Below are positions 64,000-64,000 of a DNA stretch of 64,000 nt, in pieces (position 1 is the stretch's first letter; the number at the start of each line of letters is the position of its first letter). The notes under the pieces are model-generated. The model saw only the letters and a list, made by a program, of their open reading frames with translations, ran no database searches and was not told the DNA's origin. The stretch comes from Candidatus Saccharimonadota bacterium. GTDB lineage: Bacteria; Patescibacteriota; Saccharimonadia; Saccharimonadales; AWTP1-31. The position numbers and the translations under genes were made by a program. The stretch covers positions 26,998 to 90,997 of the forward strand of contig JBPOHZ010000015.1 in assembly GCA_052034955.1 (NCBI GenBank), in the 5' to 3' direction.

Positions 64000-64000
64000 C

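Noticed and set aside
1-64000. Alternative genetic code (UGA recoded, as in Gracilibacteria/Absconditabacteria)
   Set aside because: Core genes are full-length under code 11, and TGA ends mutM, truB and pilM at expected positions.

Overview
Chromosomal segment of a small-genome bacterium, most consistent with Candidatus Saccharibacteria (Patescibacteria/CPR). This is inferred from gene content and order: a compact housekeeping backbone, a secretin-less type IV pilus locus, and standard code 11 with TGA stops. The core genes are polA (partial), mutM, holA, rpsT, truB, an ABC-F ATPase, rpsO-pnp, udg, rnj, ftsK, rpsF-ssb-rpsR, efp, tlyA, ychF, pilMNO-pilB-pilT-pilC-pilA-pilD with four minor pilins, a XerC/D-type recombinase, ndk, a PrsA/SurA foldase, a GT2 glycosyltransferase, an nrdR-like gene, thrS, an alkyltransferase-like gene and miaA (partial). 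Five tRNAs are present (Arg-CCT, Asp-GTC, Thr-CGT, Gly-CCC, Val-GAC). Orphan genes are interleaved throughout. Six structures stand out. (1) A tandem array of three unrelated single-gene cassettes lies downstream of tRNA-Asp, joined by a conserved 53-bp junction that fuses a tRNA-3'-end-like core to a palindromic leaderless promoter. (2) A complete 3.65-kb IS1595-family element (25-bp TIRs, 8-bp TSD) carries a replication-relaxation gene and a HopA1-like gene, and it split a lipoprotein promoter on insertion. (3) A second mini-array of small membrane genes is chained by a repeated ATGGCAAAAAGTAA start/stop joint. (4) Paired partner+adhesin-like modules and a shared promoter motif occur at the pilus locus. 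(5) thrS has a short-stem-I T-box, and two orphan ncRNA candidates lie nearby. (6) Leaderless promoter architecture is pervasive. All family assignments come from motif recognition by eye; no database searches were run.
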